Assembly: GCA_964016885.1 (NCBI GenBank)
Contig: OZ024743.1
Span: 259,656,001-259,720,000 of the forward strand
Direction: 5' to 3'
From: Eledone cirrhosa
Lineage: Eukaryota
Length of the DNA: 64,000 nt
Shown: in pieces, positions 53,555 to 64,000 of the stretch
Position numbering within the stretch: position 1 is the stretch's first letter
Layout: each line of letters starts with the position of its first letter
Made by a program: the position numbers and the translations under genes
The notes under the pieces: model-generated
Seen by the model: the letters and a program-made list of their open reading frames with translations, nothing else
Databases searched by the model: none
What the model was told of the DNA's origin: nothing

Positions 53555-56500
53555 CTCTTTGAGTCTCAGTCATTGATGTTAGTTAACTGGAAAGTTTGTT
53601 GAAATGAATATCAAGCCACTACCTGCAGCCTCAGATATTCAGGACGTATCGGAGGGTTCTTGCTGTTCCCAGCAAGCATGCCTTTTGAAGCGTTCTATAA
53701 AGCGTGAAGGGGCCAATTTTCTTTAACCATCCCTGGAAACTTTTTGAGATAGTCCCTAGTGCGCCTATGACAATCGGGATCACTTTGACTTCATGGCAGT
53801 TCCAAATCCTTTTTACCTCCCACTTTAAGTCCTGGTATCGGTTAATTTTCTCCCTCTCCTTCTCTTGCACTCTCGTGTCGAATGGGCAGGCCACATCCAC
53901 AATCAGGCACGATCTTTTTTCTTTGTCCAAAACCACCAGGTCAGGTCTATTGTGTTCCAGTTTCTTGTCCGTCTGTATACTAAAATCCCACAGCACCTTC
54001 ACCTGATCGTTTTCTATCACCGCCTCTGGCTTATGCTCATACCACTTCTCAGAATGTGGTAAATTGTTTACTTTGCATAGGTGCCAGTGGATCACCCTGC
54101 CCATCACATCATGTCTCCAGCCCTTATAGTGAGTCTGGGCTAGGTGTTTACACTCGGATACAATGTGAGCCACAGTCTCCTCTCTCTCTCCACAGATCCT
54201 GCACAGTGGGCTAGCCTCCTCCTTGTAAATGTGGTGTTTCAACCACTTCGTTTTGAGGGCCTGCTCCTGCACAGCCATTAACATTCCTTCTGTAGCCTTT
54301 TTAAGGTCTCCTCTTTTTAACCAGTTCCATGTCTGTGGATCTCTAAATTCAGTTTTCTCAAAGAAGGTACTATGAAGGGATTTTTCCTGAAGGCTGCTCT
54401 TTCTCCTTGATGCTATTTCCTCCTTGGACATCCCCTGGCCTATTGTCCCCTCCTTCAGTCCAGTTCTGAGCATTGGCTCCTTACTATCAGTCACGTATTT
54501 GTGTAGGTTGTTTTTCTCCATCTGAACACAGTCCTCTATGCTGATAAGACCTCTTCCACCTTCAGATCTCCTTAAGTAGAGTCTATCGACATCACTCCTC
54601 TTGTGGAACATATTGTAGATAGTCAATAGCTTCCTAGTCTTCCTATCCATTTCTTTTTGTTCAGCAACATTCCATCTCAGAATTCCCGCACTGTACCTAA
54701 TAATAGACACAGCTCGGGAATTTACTGCACTTATGGCATTCCTACTGTTCAGATGTGACTTTAATACGCTCCTTACTCTCCGAAGGTATTCAGTTCTTAT
54801 CAATTCCTTCATTTTTTTGTTCTTGATGTCATCAGCCTCCAGAACGCCCAAATACTTGTATCCTTCCTCAGGGTCAATTTCCTTTATCATCTCACCTGTT
54901 GGTATCTGGATTCCGTTACTTCTGCTCAACTTACCCCTCCTCATCACAATGATTCCACACATACTAATACCAAATTGCATACATATATCATTGCTGAAAA
55001 TACGGACAGTGTCAACAAGCACATCCAACTCCTTCTCACTCTTCCCGAAGAGCTTAAGATTGTCCATGAAGAGGAGGTGATTGATGGTAAGCCCTCCCTT
55101 TCCCAACCTGTATCCTGCTCTCACTTTTCGCAGTACGCTGGTCAGGGGCATCAGGGCAAGGACAAACAACAGAGGGGACAGACTATCTCCCTGGAAGATA
55201 CCTCTCTTGATCTTCACGCTTCCCAAGGATTCTCCAGTTGATGTTAACTCTGTTTCCCAGGACTTCATACTTTTGCCCAACAACTGTCTGATGTTATCTG
55301 CCACCTTGAAGATCTCCAGGCTTTTGGTGATCCAAGAATGAGGCACCATGTCAAATGCCTTTTTGTAGTCTATCCATCCCATGGCAAGACCAGTGTGTCT
55401 CCTCTTGCAATTCCTCATTACCATCTTATCAATAAGTAACTGGTCCTTTGTACTACGTGACTTCTTTCGGCATCCTTTCTGTTCGTCCGGTAACAAGTTG
55501 TTTGTGTAGAGGTGATGGTAGATTTCCTCAGACATAATGCTTGTCAACAGTTTCCACATTACGGACAGACATGTGATAGGTCTATAGTTGGTAACATCAT
55601 TACCCTTGATTCGGTCTTTCATTATCAGAACTGTGGTACCTTTTGTCAACCACTCTGGTACCTCACCTGACATCAAGCAGTCATTGAACATGGTTGTCAG
55701 TTTCGGGTGGAGGGATGTTATGTTTTTAATCCAATACCCCTGCACACCATCTGGGCCAGGTGATTTCCAGTTGGTTAGTTTTTTGGCCTGCCCCTTAAGA
55801 GTTTCAACTGTGATACTCAAATCAGTTTGTTGGTGTGCCTGTTCACTGAACTCCTTCTGTACTGTCTCAATCCACACTGCCTGGTCATTATGTTTAACAT
55901 CCTGCTCCCATATTCCTCTCCAGAATGTTTTAGTTTGTTCCGCCTCAGGGATCAAGTCGTTGCCTCTTTCTTTCCCTTCAAGCTGTCCAAACAGCATCTT
56001 CTGGTTGTTGTCGAACATGCGGTTCTGTCTATACTGACTGACTCTGTTCTCGTATCGCCTGATTTTTGCACTCTTTGCTACAATGCGTTGCTTCAGTTCC
56101 TCTATGATAATATTTAGCTTTTTCCTCCTAGTTTTGTACTGTATTTCCAGTCTATTTTTAGTGTCTATGTTTTTTAGTGTCCCATTTAGTAGGGACTCAA
56201 GCTTTCCAATGTCATTTCTCATTTCCCTGATTTGACCACTCAGTCGTTTCTTCCACCAAGGATCTGCTCTTTCTTGTCTGTTGTTTATTCTCGCTTTTAT
56301 ACCAAGTAGTTTCCTCACCGTATTTGCTGTTTCTTTGAGGATATTGTTGCACTGGTGAAGGCTCCTCGCCGCAAGGTATGGGATGACTTTGTTTACCTTA
56401 GCTGTTGTTTCTTTTAACTTTTTCCTGTCTACAAATCTTTGGTTCATAGGTCTCCCACTATCATTGTTCAATTCATCTACCACTAAGTTTAGGATATCAA

Positions 56501-57154
56501 CCAAATCTTGTCCTAGCCCGTCAGCATTCATCTCCTGAGTGGCCGTATCTCTGTTCCAGGTATTATTTATCTCAGCATTCAGATCATTGTCTGCTTCGGG
56601 TGGTTCCTCCGTTCTCTCGACCTCTTCACCTTCATTTCCCACTGGCTCGTTTGCCTGGCATACTCCACTCTCCATCTCCAAGCTAATCTCTTTGCTCAGT
56701 TCCTCCAGTTCCAGATCGCTTATCCACCCATTAGTTCTCATTACCTGAGCCTGCCTGGCCAGTTTTTGTTCATCTAATTTAAATGGACCAATCTCGTTCC
56801 AGATGTTATGCATCCTTTTCCTATAGTCTTTCTCCTTGGGGTTACTCTTCAGGTAACATTGCATAACAGTTCTATTCAATTCTTTAGTCCAGTTGGTTCT
56901 GGTCCCTTTCCTTCTTCTTCCTCCGACACCAGCAGTATTTGGTTGACAGCCAGGTCCCTGCTGCTGAGCCAGGGAGCACCTGTTGGGTGAGTGTCTGTCA
57001 CATGACATTCTAGTCTCCATTTCACCGTTATTCGAACTGTTTAGGTTCGACATTTAAACACTCTTATCGAGGATTGGCGAATGTATGGTTACATAACCAC
57101 CGGTGAATTACTCGTCTCCGGTGGTTTCGTCACTCCACGTGACTTTTGTGTGGC
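53555..57154 (-). mobile_element. R4/Dong-clade non-LTR retrotransposon, apparently full length, in (TAA)n
   Basis: Single ORF with RT + CCHC + RLE, ~100 nt 5' UTR and ~75 nt 3' UTR. 3' end runs into (TAA)n on the minus strand and the 5' end follows TAAT. Confidence 0.9.
53631..57053 (-). CDS. R4-clade RT / restriction-like endonuclease polyprotein (1140 aa; catalytic DD appears as DN)
   Basis: SPGPDG, YRPITC, QKGC, IDYKKAFDMVPH, GIFQGDSLSPLLF, LFMDNLK, YKYLG, GGRGL, CRIC..ET..HIVSEC, RHD, RPD..D..EK..Y. Confidence 0.93.
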   Translation of the reverse strand: MSNLNSSNNGEMETRMSCDRHSPNRCSLAQQQGPGCQPNTAGVGGRRRKGTRTNWTKELNRTVMQCYLKSNPKEKDYRKRMHNIWNEIGPFKLDEQKLARQAQVMRTNGWISDLELEELSKEISLEMESGVCQANEPVGNEGEEVERTEEPPEADNDLNAEINNTWNRDTATQEMNADGLGQDLVDILNLVVDELNNDSGRPMNQRFVDRKKLKETTAKVNKVIPYLAARSLHQCNNILKETANTVRKLLGIKARINNRQERADPWWKKRLSGQIREMRNDIGKLESLLNGTLKNIDTKNRLEIQYKTRRKKLNIIIEELKQRIVAKSAKIRRYENRVSQYRQNRMFDNNQKMLFGQLEGKERGNDLIPEAEQTKTFWRGIWEQDVKHNDQAVWIETVQKEFSEQAHQQTDLSITVETLKGQAKKLTNWKSPGPDGVQGYWIKNITSLHPKLTTMFNDCLMSGEVPEWLTKGTTVLIMKDRIKGNDVTNYRPITCLSVMWKLLTSIMSEEIYHHLYTNNLLPDEQKGCRKKSRSTKDQLLIDKMVMRNCKRRHTGLAMGWIDYKKAFDMVPHSWITKSLEIFKVADNIRQLLGKSMKSWETELTSTGESLGSVKIKRGIFQGDSLSPLLFVLALMPLTSVLRKVRAGYRLGKGGLTINHLLFMDNLKLFGKSEKELDVLVDTVRIFSNDICMQFGISMCGIIVMRRGKLSRSNGIQIPTGEMIKEIDPEEGYKYLGVLEADDIKNKKMKELIRTEYLRRVRSVLKSHLNSRNAISAVNSRAVSIIRYSAGILRWNVAEQKEMDRKTRKLLTIYNMFHKRSDVDRLYLRRSEGGRGLISIEDCVQMEKNNLHKYVTDSKEPMLRTGLKEGTIGQGMSKEEIASRRKSSLQEKSLHSTFFEKTEFRDPQTWNWLKRGDLKKATEGMLMAVQEQALKTKWLKHHIYKEEASPLCRICGEREETVAHIVSECKHLAQTHYKGWRHDVMGRVIHWHLCKVNNLPHSEKWYEHKPEAVIENDQVKVLWDFSIQTDKKLEHNRPDLVVLDKEKRSCLIVDVACPFDTRVQEKEREKINRYQDLKWEVKRIWNCHEVKVIPIVIGALGTISKSFQGWLKKIGPFTLYRTLQKACLLGTARTLRYVLNI

Positions 57155-58100
57155 ATTATCACGCTGTAGACGAACCTAAATAAACAAACAAACAAACAGG
57201 CAGAAAAAAACCCAAAAATGAATAAGCATAAGTTTCATTGTAATGTAGTGTTTGAATGTCTGACTTAGTTTTTCCCTTCCCTTCTCTGTCCGTCCGTTTG
57301 TTTTTCTCTTCATTTTTATTTCCTTTACATTTTTCGTTGTTGCTGTGCTGTTTTGATTTTGATTGTTTTCTTTTTGATTTTGATCGGGTCATCAATTCAG
57401 TCTATTTATATATTTTGATGCCTTCCTCTTTTAGTGAGAATTCTACAATGTAGCAGGGGCTAGCGGGAGAGAATAGCGGTGCTAGTGATAATGAGGCATT
57501 GGTGGTGGTGGTGGTGGTGGCGGTGCTGTGCTAGCAGCAACTAGCAGGAGGTAGTGGGAGAGAATAGCGGCGGTAGCGATAATGAGGCAGTGGTGGTGGT
57601 GATGTGGTCGTATTACTGTAGTGATGTTGTTGAAGATGGAGTAGAAATTTGAGTCGGCTTGACCAGAGTTTCATCGTGGCAGTGGTGGTGGTATTGGTGG
57701 TGAAATTATCTTTAGTGCAATTATCATTAGTCGCGTATATGTGTTGACATATTTTCTAAACATTTTGTTAAAACTAAAACTTGATTTTGATTTTTTTTTT
57801 TTTTTTTTTACTTTGTCCGGGTCATCAATTCAGTCTATTTATATATTTTGATGTCTATTATAATTATTATTATTATTATTATTATTGAATGCCATGGTTG
57901 ACGGAGGCTCGGCTCTGTAAGGTATAGTAATTTTTAACCGTTAAAACAATTGTAAATTGTTTAAAACTTGAACCAAATTGTTGATAAAGACACCCTCCTC
58001 CTCGTGAGAGGGGTCTTTCTGTCCGTTATTTGGCCCTTCGGGGTTAAATAACCAGTTATTGGGGTTTTGTACCCAAAATTTCATTTTAAACAAAAAAAAC

Positions 58101-60211
58101 ATGGCTACGAAAAAGAAATTTCATACGTCACTCCCACTCATTCCGTCTTCTTCTTCCTCAATCATCACTACAGCAGAGAGAAGATTGTCTCTCTCCCTCC
58201 CTTCTTTAAATGTGTCTCTCTCCATCCCTTCTCTTTCGCAAGCGACGAAAGAAAAGAAAAGTCTCGTGCAAAGCGTGCAAGGTTTCTCCACGACGACGAC
58301 GACAGCGACGAAACAGGTGTGCGGGAAATACGAAAACCCAGTTCATTCGTCTGACGTCAGGAATAATAGCAGTAGCAGCCGTAATAACAACAGCAACAGT
58401 GACAATGAAAACAACAGTAGCAGCCGCAACAGCATCACCAGCAGCATAAACAACAACAGCATTAGCAGCAGCAACACCAACAACAACCACAGCAACAGCG
58501 GCGGAGGCAGTAGTCGTAGTACCTGCAGCAACAACAAAAGTACCAGCAGCTCTGACGACAACAACAACAGCAGAGAAAAACCAATCTCATTTGCAGGTAT
58601 TGCGAAAAACTTGGAAACAATCCTCATAACAAATGAGGAATTAGAGGAAGCGAAGAAGATGGTGACAAAGAACGGACACCGAGCAATCTGCAAGGCAGCG
58701 AAAAATTTTTTCGAAACCCAAGAGCACTGTACGGTCACGTACCGTACAGTAAGTACAAAATCCCGTAGGGTGGAAAGAGCCACAGAGGCCCAAATACAAA
58801 AAGCCTTGGGGTCTGTGTGGCAGAGGAAAACGCACATCACCCGAGGCAAAAAATACGCCACCGTAGACGTACTTTTTGCCACACCCCAGGAGGCAAAGGC
58901 CCAATCAGTAGTGACCCTAAGGAGCGAGGAAATGGTGTTGGTGCCCTCCTACTGCGGGCAAAAAATTGTGAGGGTCAAACTGACCCACGTCCCCCCCCCC
59001 CCCCCCCCCCCCGGAATGACCCCTTCTTGGCTGGCCGCGTCTGTCCTCGTCGGAATCGAGGACAAAACAACTGTACTGCAAGTACAGAAAAAAGTAAGAG
59101 AAGATTGGGTCGGCTCCTCCATTGAGATGCTAATCCAAACCAACCAGGAGTGCATCGAAGCTATCCCGGATGTGATAGACTTCGATAACGGCACTCAACT
59201 GCCCATAAGTGTTGAGGGCAAACGCCCGAAATGCTTTCGCTGTGGATCGAAGACTCACCTCAGGGCCTTCTGCAACGAGAAGACCCTGAGAAAGGAGAAA
59301 ACCCCCTCCTTCCGAATCCGGCTCCACGGCTACCAGCAACAGGACAAGCGGCAACCAGGAACGATAGGTCCGTGGCACCCATACCCACTCCACGGAAATC
59401 AAAGACAGCAGCAGCAGTGGAAATATTAACAACAACAACAGCAATACCAAATGCAGCTGCAACAGAGACTCCAGTGCAAACATCACCAACAACAACAAGT
59501 GAAAGAGTGGAGCTGGTACCCCTCCCCGACCTTACAGAATCAGACATGGAGTGTGAGGTGGGAGAGGGATGGCAAAAGGTCGCAAGAAGGCACAAACGCA
59601 GAAGCAGCGCATCGTCGCCTTTGAAAAGGGAGGAAAGAAATGAGAAAAGGGTAAAGTCTACTGCAAAGAGACCCACAGCAGCAACACCACCAACACCATC
59701 ACCACCCACACCAGCACCACCATCACCACCGGCGACAACCCCACCGCCAACAACACCTTCAACACCACCACCACAAGCACCAACATCGCAAACACAACAA
59801 CAAAACACACACACCCAGCAACAACGACAAGAAAATAGCAGAACCACACCCCACCCCCAGAAAAACAAATGCACGGCAATAAACACACACAACAAGAAAC
59901 TAATGACTTACATAATTGAACACACAGACATTTCACAACAGGACTACATAATACCAGCACCAATCAAAACGCCAACTAACATAAGACTGCTAAAAATAGC
60001 ACAGAAACAATACACAAACATTAAAACGAAATTCCCCAACGCAGTTGGTGATTTCAGGGACCTAGGAGGAACCATCAATCGAAGAGTATATTCAGACATT
60101 CTCTTAGAAGAGCCGACGACCAGCCGAAGGGACGATTCAACGGTCCCTTCACCAGACGATCAAGTGAAAAGGGATGTAAAAACCATCCCTCCTCTACCAA
60201 AAGTACGGTAA
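58101..60211 (+). pseudogene. Tx1/L1 ORF1 (gag-like, single zinc knuckle), one frameshift near 59280
   Basis: ATG at 58101, Asn/Ser-rich tract, CFRCGSKTHLRAFC knuckle. Continues in the 59231-60211 frame (GWQKV..KR, Pro/Thr-rich) and stops 35 nt before ORF2. Confidence 0.75.
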
Positions 60212-60246
60212 GTGGTCTTTCCCATCTTTTCCACTCTATTTTAAAC

Positions 60247-63200
60247 ATGACCTCACTCAGAATAGGCAGCATAAATGCGCGTGGCTTGGGGTCGTCATGG
60301 AAGCAGGGTCACCTGCTCAACGACCTCAGGTCACTAAACATAGATGTAGTGGCCATCAGCGAGACCAGAATCTCCGAAGCACGGGCCTTCGCACCGATCT
60401 TCGGCGGCTACGATGTGTACGCATCTCCCAGCCGTCCTGGATCGGGTGGAGGATTTGCTGTGCTTTTTCGGAGAGGTTTGGATCTCGCCATACGGGCCAT
60501 CTTCCTGGACCCAGAGGGTAAGCTGGTGGTGCTGGACGTGACCAGCGGAGACGGGCAAGCTTTCAGGCTAGTGGCCGTCTATGCCCCGACAGGAGCAGGG
60601 CGGCCTGATTTCTTCCGGCGTCTGGAGACCTTTCTTGGAACGTCCCGCTCTTTAGTGTTAGTGGGCGACTGGAACGGGATCTTAGATGCACGCTGGGACT
60701 GTGTGGGATTAGCGGATAGGGGTGGAGGGTGCAAGAGCCTCACCAACCTGCTCAGGCGTTTTGAACTGTCTGACAGGTACCGATTGGATTTCCCGAATGT
60801 GCCAATGTGGACTTGGACAAACCGCATAGGGTCATCCAGATCATATCTAGATAGAGTATTTTGTAGGGAAATAGATAGGTCTAGCATAGGCTGTCCACAA
60901 TTCAAGATAGTCAGCTACACGGACCACAAATTCGTGACCTGTGTGCTTGACTTAGATAGGCTTCATAGACGAGGACCCGGCTACTGGAAGCTAAACGCGT
61001 CCTTACCAGCGCGCAAGGCCTACAGAGACCGGATTAGCGAACTAGTTAAGCGGGCGTTGACGGGGGCCATCGTCAACAACAAGTGGTGGTTTGCTCTGAA
61101 AAGAGCGATTAGAATAGAATCGATTAGGTTTAGTAAGGCTTTAGCAATAGAGAAAAATAGAGCAGAGGGAGAACTAGTTAGAAAATTAGACGAGGCGCTT
61201 AGCAAAGGCATTGCGACCGACGTGCTTGCGGCGAAATTGGCCCTTGACCAGTTCTTCAATGCAAAGCACGAAGGCTGCGTTGTCAGAGCTAGGGTGCGTG
61301 CTCTCAGACACGAGGGGACGAAAGCCGTTCAATGGGCCCGAGTGGCGGAGGCTCGTCGTGGCAACAAAGCCACGATCCGGTCTTTGGTGGACCACGACGG
61401 GCGCATGCTACTCGATCCCGGGCAAATGTGTGAAGCTTTTCAGCGACACTTCGCTCAGCTGTTCGGGGGCAGCGGGGGGCCGGGTAGAGGGATGGACTTT
61501 AGTGTCTACCTCGACGGACTGCCGCGGCTCTCGGCCACTGAGGCGAGGTGTTGCGAAAAGCCGATAACAGCCGCTGAAGTACGGGAGGCAATGACTGGCT
61601 GCACAAGGGGTAAATCGCCTGGTTTGGATGGTCTGCCCTATGAACTTTACGTACAGATGCCAGACTTGTTCGGAGGCCTCTTGGCGGACGTCTACTGCAA
61701 CTGGCAACAGAACGGGAGAATTCCCAGTTCTGTGAGCCGAGGAGCGGTGGCACTGCTGAGAAAGGATCCGAACAAGGGGGATAACATAGACAATTTCCGG
61801 CCCATAACTCTGCTAAACACAGAGTTTAAGATTTTGGCCAAGGTGCTAGCAAAGAGGTTGGCGCTTGTCGTTGGTGGTCTGGTGGGAGAGGCGCAGACAT
61901 GCGCCATTCCCGACAGATCCATCCACGACAACCTCCACCTCATGCGATACATCGTAGAGAGGGTAGCTAGGGAACCTGGCACGGGTGGGTCCTTGATCAA
62001 TTTAGATCAGTCGAAAGCTTTCGATAGGGTCGACCATCGTTACCTAGCGGCAGTCCTGAGGGCGGCTGGCTTTGGGCCCGTCTTCAGAGGCTGGATCGCT
62101 GCCATGCACAGCGACATCTGCTCTGTGGTGAGAGTGAACGGTCACCTGTCGGAACCGTTCAACATCATGCGCTCGGTCCGCCAAGGATGTCCCCTCTCGT
62201 CCCTCTTGTACGTATTGACTCTCGAGCCATTACTGCACAAACTGGAGACGTTGAGGGGAGTCCCGCGCGAACTAGGATGCGGAAGATCCGTGTCAGCATA
62301 TGCGGACGATGTCACCGTAGTGGTGTCGAACGCCAAACACATCGAGGCGATCGGCACTACACTAAGAGAATACGAAGCGGTGACAGGAGCAATGATCAAC
62401 CAGGAAAAGTCAGTGGGCCTGCAGCTCGGCACCTGGAGAGGCAGATCCATGCCGTCCAACAGCGTCGTCGGGCGCTCGACGGACGGACCGGTTAAATTGC
62501 TAGGGGTCTGGTTCGGTCCGGACCTCCAGACGGACAAAAACTGGGACGAGGTGACGAGCAGGGTGGCTTCTCTCACCCAGAAATGGGCGGAGAGGAAGCT
62601 ATCCCTGAAAGGTCGAGCGGAGGTGGCTAACGCGTACATCGCGTCTGTCATCTGCTACCGCCTAACCGTCGTACCTTGTCCTAAGCCTCGCCTGACTGCG
62701 CTGGAGCGTTTGCTCTTTCGCTTTTTGTGGAAGGGACGTGCTCCGATGGTCAGGCGGTTCATCTGTTGTCAACACCCGCTACGTGGAGGGCTGGGCATGC
62801 CGTGGCTGATGATGCGCAGGCACGCGCTCAGGCTACGACATCTCCACCTCTACCTCGACGGTGATCAGGTGTGGTCGCCGTTTGCTAGACGCGTTTTTCC
62901 CCAGCTCGTTTCCTTGACGGAGCTGCAGTCCTGGGTCAAGCGAAGACCGAGAGGGAGCGCCTGGAGACTGGAATGTCTTCAGGCGCTCACAGCCCTCGAC
63001 CAATCGGGCAATGTGATCGGTGGAAACTCCACCTCGGCGTTCTATAGAGGATTAGTGGAGGGGAAGAGCGACGACGTACTTGGGGAAACTCTAGGCGTCG
63101 ACGAAAATCAACTAGCCAATCTCTTCGGAAGAACTTTCGGGCCAGGGCCTATGGACAACTTCCAGAAATCTCTGGCCTGGCAGTGCTACCGAGGAGCCTT

Positions 63201-63666
63201 GCCAGTTCGGGATAAACTCTACAGGCATGTAGGTGCCGTCAGCCGGGCATGTCCGAGATGCGCGCAGGGCGACGAAACCGTCCTGCACGCACTCGTCCAG
63301 TGTCCGAAAATTGCTGACTTGTGGGTTTATGTCGAACACCTGCTGTCGCGTTTAGGACGGATCCAGCTATCATCTGAGTCTATCGTGAGGATTGCCCCGC
63401 CCTCCTCCTTTAGCCGGGAAGGGCAGGCAGTTTTTATCTGTCTGGTGGCCATGGCGAAAGAGATAGTATGGTGGACACGTTTGAAAGGGCTGAAGACGAG
63501 CACTTACCTCTTCGGTGATGCTCTGATTGACTTTTTCAAATTTCATTTGAAAAGGAAAATCAGAGTAGAGAAGGAAGTGCTCTCTTCCCAGCATTTTGTT
63601 GAAAGATGGGTGAGAGAAGCAAGAATGGCCCGAGTGAATGGGCCGACTCTGAGTATATATCTGTAA
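60247..63666 (+). CDS. Tx1/L1 ORF2: APE endonuclease + reverse transcriptase + C-terminal CCHC (1139 aa)
   Basis: SINARGL, SET, VYAP, GDWN, YLDR, TDH, YWKLN, KSPGLDG, FRPITLLN, DQSKAFDRV, RQGCPLS, AYADD, CPRC..ET..H...C. Confidence 0.95.
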   Translation: MTSLRIGSINARGLGSSWKQGHLLNDLRSLNIDVVAISETRISEARAFAPIFGGYDVYASPSRPGSGGGFAVLFRRGLDLAIRAIFLDPEGKLVVLDVTSGDGQAFRLVAVYAPTGAGRPDFFRRLETFLGTSRSLVLVGDWNGILDARWDCVGLADRGGGCKSLTNLLRRFELSDRYRLDFPNVPMWTWTNRIGSSRSYLDRVFCREIDRSSIGCPQFKIVSYTDHKFVTCVLDLDRLHRRGPGYWKLNASLPARKAYRDRISELVKRALTGAIVNNKWWFALKRAIRIESIRFSKALAIEKNRAEGELVRKLDEALSKGIATDVLAAKLALDQFFNAKHEGCVVRARVRALRHEGTKAVQWARVAEARRGNKATIRSLVDHDGRMLLDPGQMCEAFQRHFAQLFGGSGGPGRGMDFSVYLDGLPRLSATEARCCEKPITAAEVREAMTGCTRGKSPGLDGLPYELYVQMPDLFGGLLADVYCNWQQNGRIPSSVSRGAVALLRKDPNKGDNIDNFRPITLLNTEFKILAKVLAKRLALVVGGLVGEAQTCAIPDRSIHDNLHLMRYIVERVAREPGTGGSLINLDQSKAFDRVDHRYLAAVLRAAGFGPVFRGWIAAMHSDICSVVRVNGHLSEPFNIMRSVRQGCPLSSLLYVLTLEPLLHKLETLRGVPRELGCGRSVSAYADDVTVVVSNAKHIEAIGTTLREYEAVTGAMINQEKSVGLQLGTWRGRSMPSNSVVGRSTDGPVKLLGVWFGPDLQTDKNWDEVTSRVASLTQKWAERKLSLKGRAEVANAYIASVICYRLTVVPCPKPRLTALERLLFRFLWKGRAPMVRRFICCQHPLRGGLGMPWLMMRRHALRLRHLHLYLDGDQVWSPFARRVFPQLVSLTELQSWVKRRPRGSAWRLECLQALTALDQSGNVIGGNSTSAFYRGLVEGKSDDVLGETLGVDENQLANLFGRTFGPGPMDNFQKSLAWQCYRGALPVRDKLYRHVGAVSRACPRCAQGDETVLHALVQCPKIADLWVYVEHLLSRLGRIQLSSESIVRIAPPSSFSREGQAVFICLVAMAKEIVWWTRLKGLKTSTYLFGDALIDFFKFHLKRKIRVEKEVLSSQHFVERWVREARMARVNGPTLSIYL

Positions 63667-63925
63667 ACTAAAGGTGGAAAACTGGGAGGGGGCACTTGCC
63701 TTGGTGGTCAGGGTCATTGTGGCTTTTTACTGGGCTTTCTCCACAAATGTCCCTCCGAAGTCTCCCCCCTATTGGGGAATTTTTCATTGTTATTTTCATT
63801 GTTATTTTTGTTACATCCTCTGTTCTTGTTTTTTACACGCAGAAATGCCCATTTGTACCGTCCTGCATTGTCCTGCACTGTCCTTAATGTCTACTTTATG
63901 TAAACCCTTGTGGTTAATAAAGAAA

Positions 63926-63975
<50 letters not shown>

Positions 63976-64000
63976 GAATGCTATGGTTGACGGAGGCTCG

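Larger units (their letters stand above)
57887..63927 (+). mobile_element. L1/Tx1-clade LINE, apparently full length
   Basis: ORF1 + ORF2, AATAAA at 63916 and an (ATT)n tail at 63928-63975. The exact 5' boundary depends on whether 57887-57911 is a TSD. Confidence 0.9.

Noticed and set aside
57340-57855. ~430 bp direct-repeat unit with GAAAC-TCTG-GTC on the minus strand
   Set aside because: The repeat is real, but no intact CUGANGA or stem I was found, so no ribozyme or element class is called.
57985-58050. HDV-like ribozyme in the Tx1 5' UTR (TCCTCGT)
   Set aside because: Folds as a simple hairpin; P1/P2/P3 pseudoknot partners could not be assigned.

Overview
This is AT-rich, microsatellite-saturated metazoan DNA with no recognisable host gene. 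The SINE families and (TA)n/(CA)n density point to an octopus/cephalopod genome (inference). The window is almost entirely retroelement-derived. It holds four Penelope-like elements (PLEs; RT plus C-terminal GIY-YIG), one of them with a ~3 kb inverted pseudo-LTR. It also holds a near-complete R4/Dong-clade LINE, a near-complete L1/Tx1-clade LINE, CRE, RTE and CR1-group fragments, an internally deleted mariner, MITEs and many tRNA-derived SINEs. Reading by eye finds about 20 hammerhead-ribozyme (HHR) motifs, intact to degenerate, in PLE ends and small retrozyme-like partial tandems. The most striking signal is a four-copy RNA motif at 12021, 12656, 33656 (+) and 30483 (-). It contains all hammerhead core elements, but in a strand order that is not a circular permutation of types I/II/III. 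A canonical kink-turn and compensatory base changes between copies support the fold, making it a candidate new pseudoknotted, K-turn-rewired hammerhead architecture carried by a retrozyme-like element. A recurrent CCGANGA (U4C) core variant is also seen in three separate PLE families. All structures are by-eye predictions and are untested.
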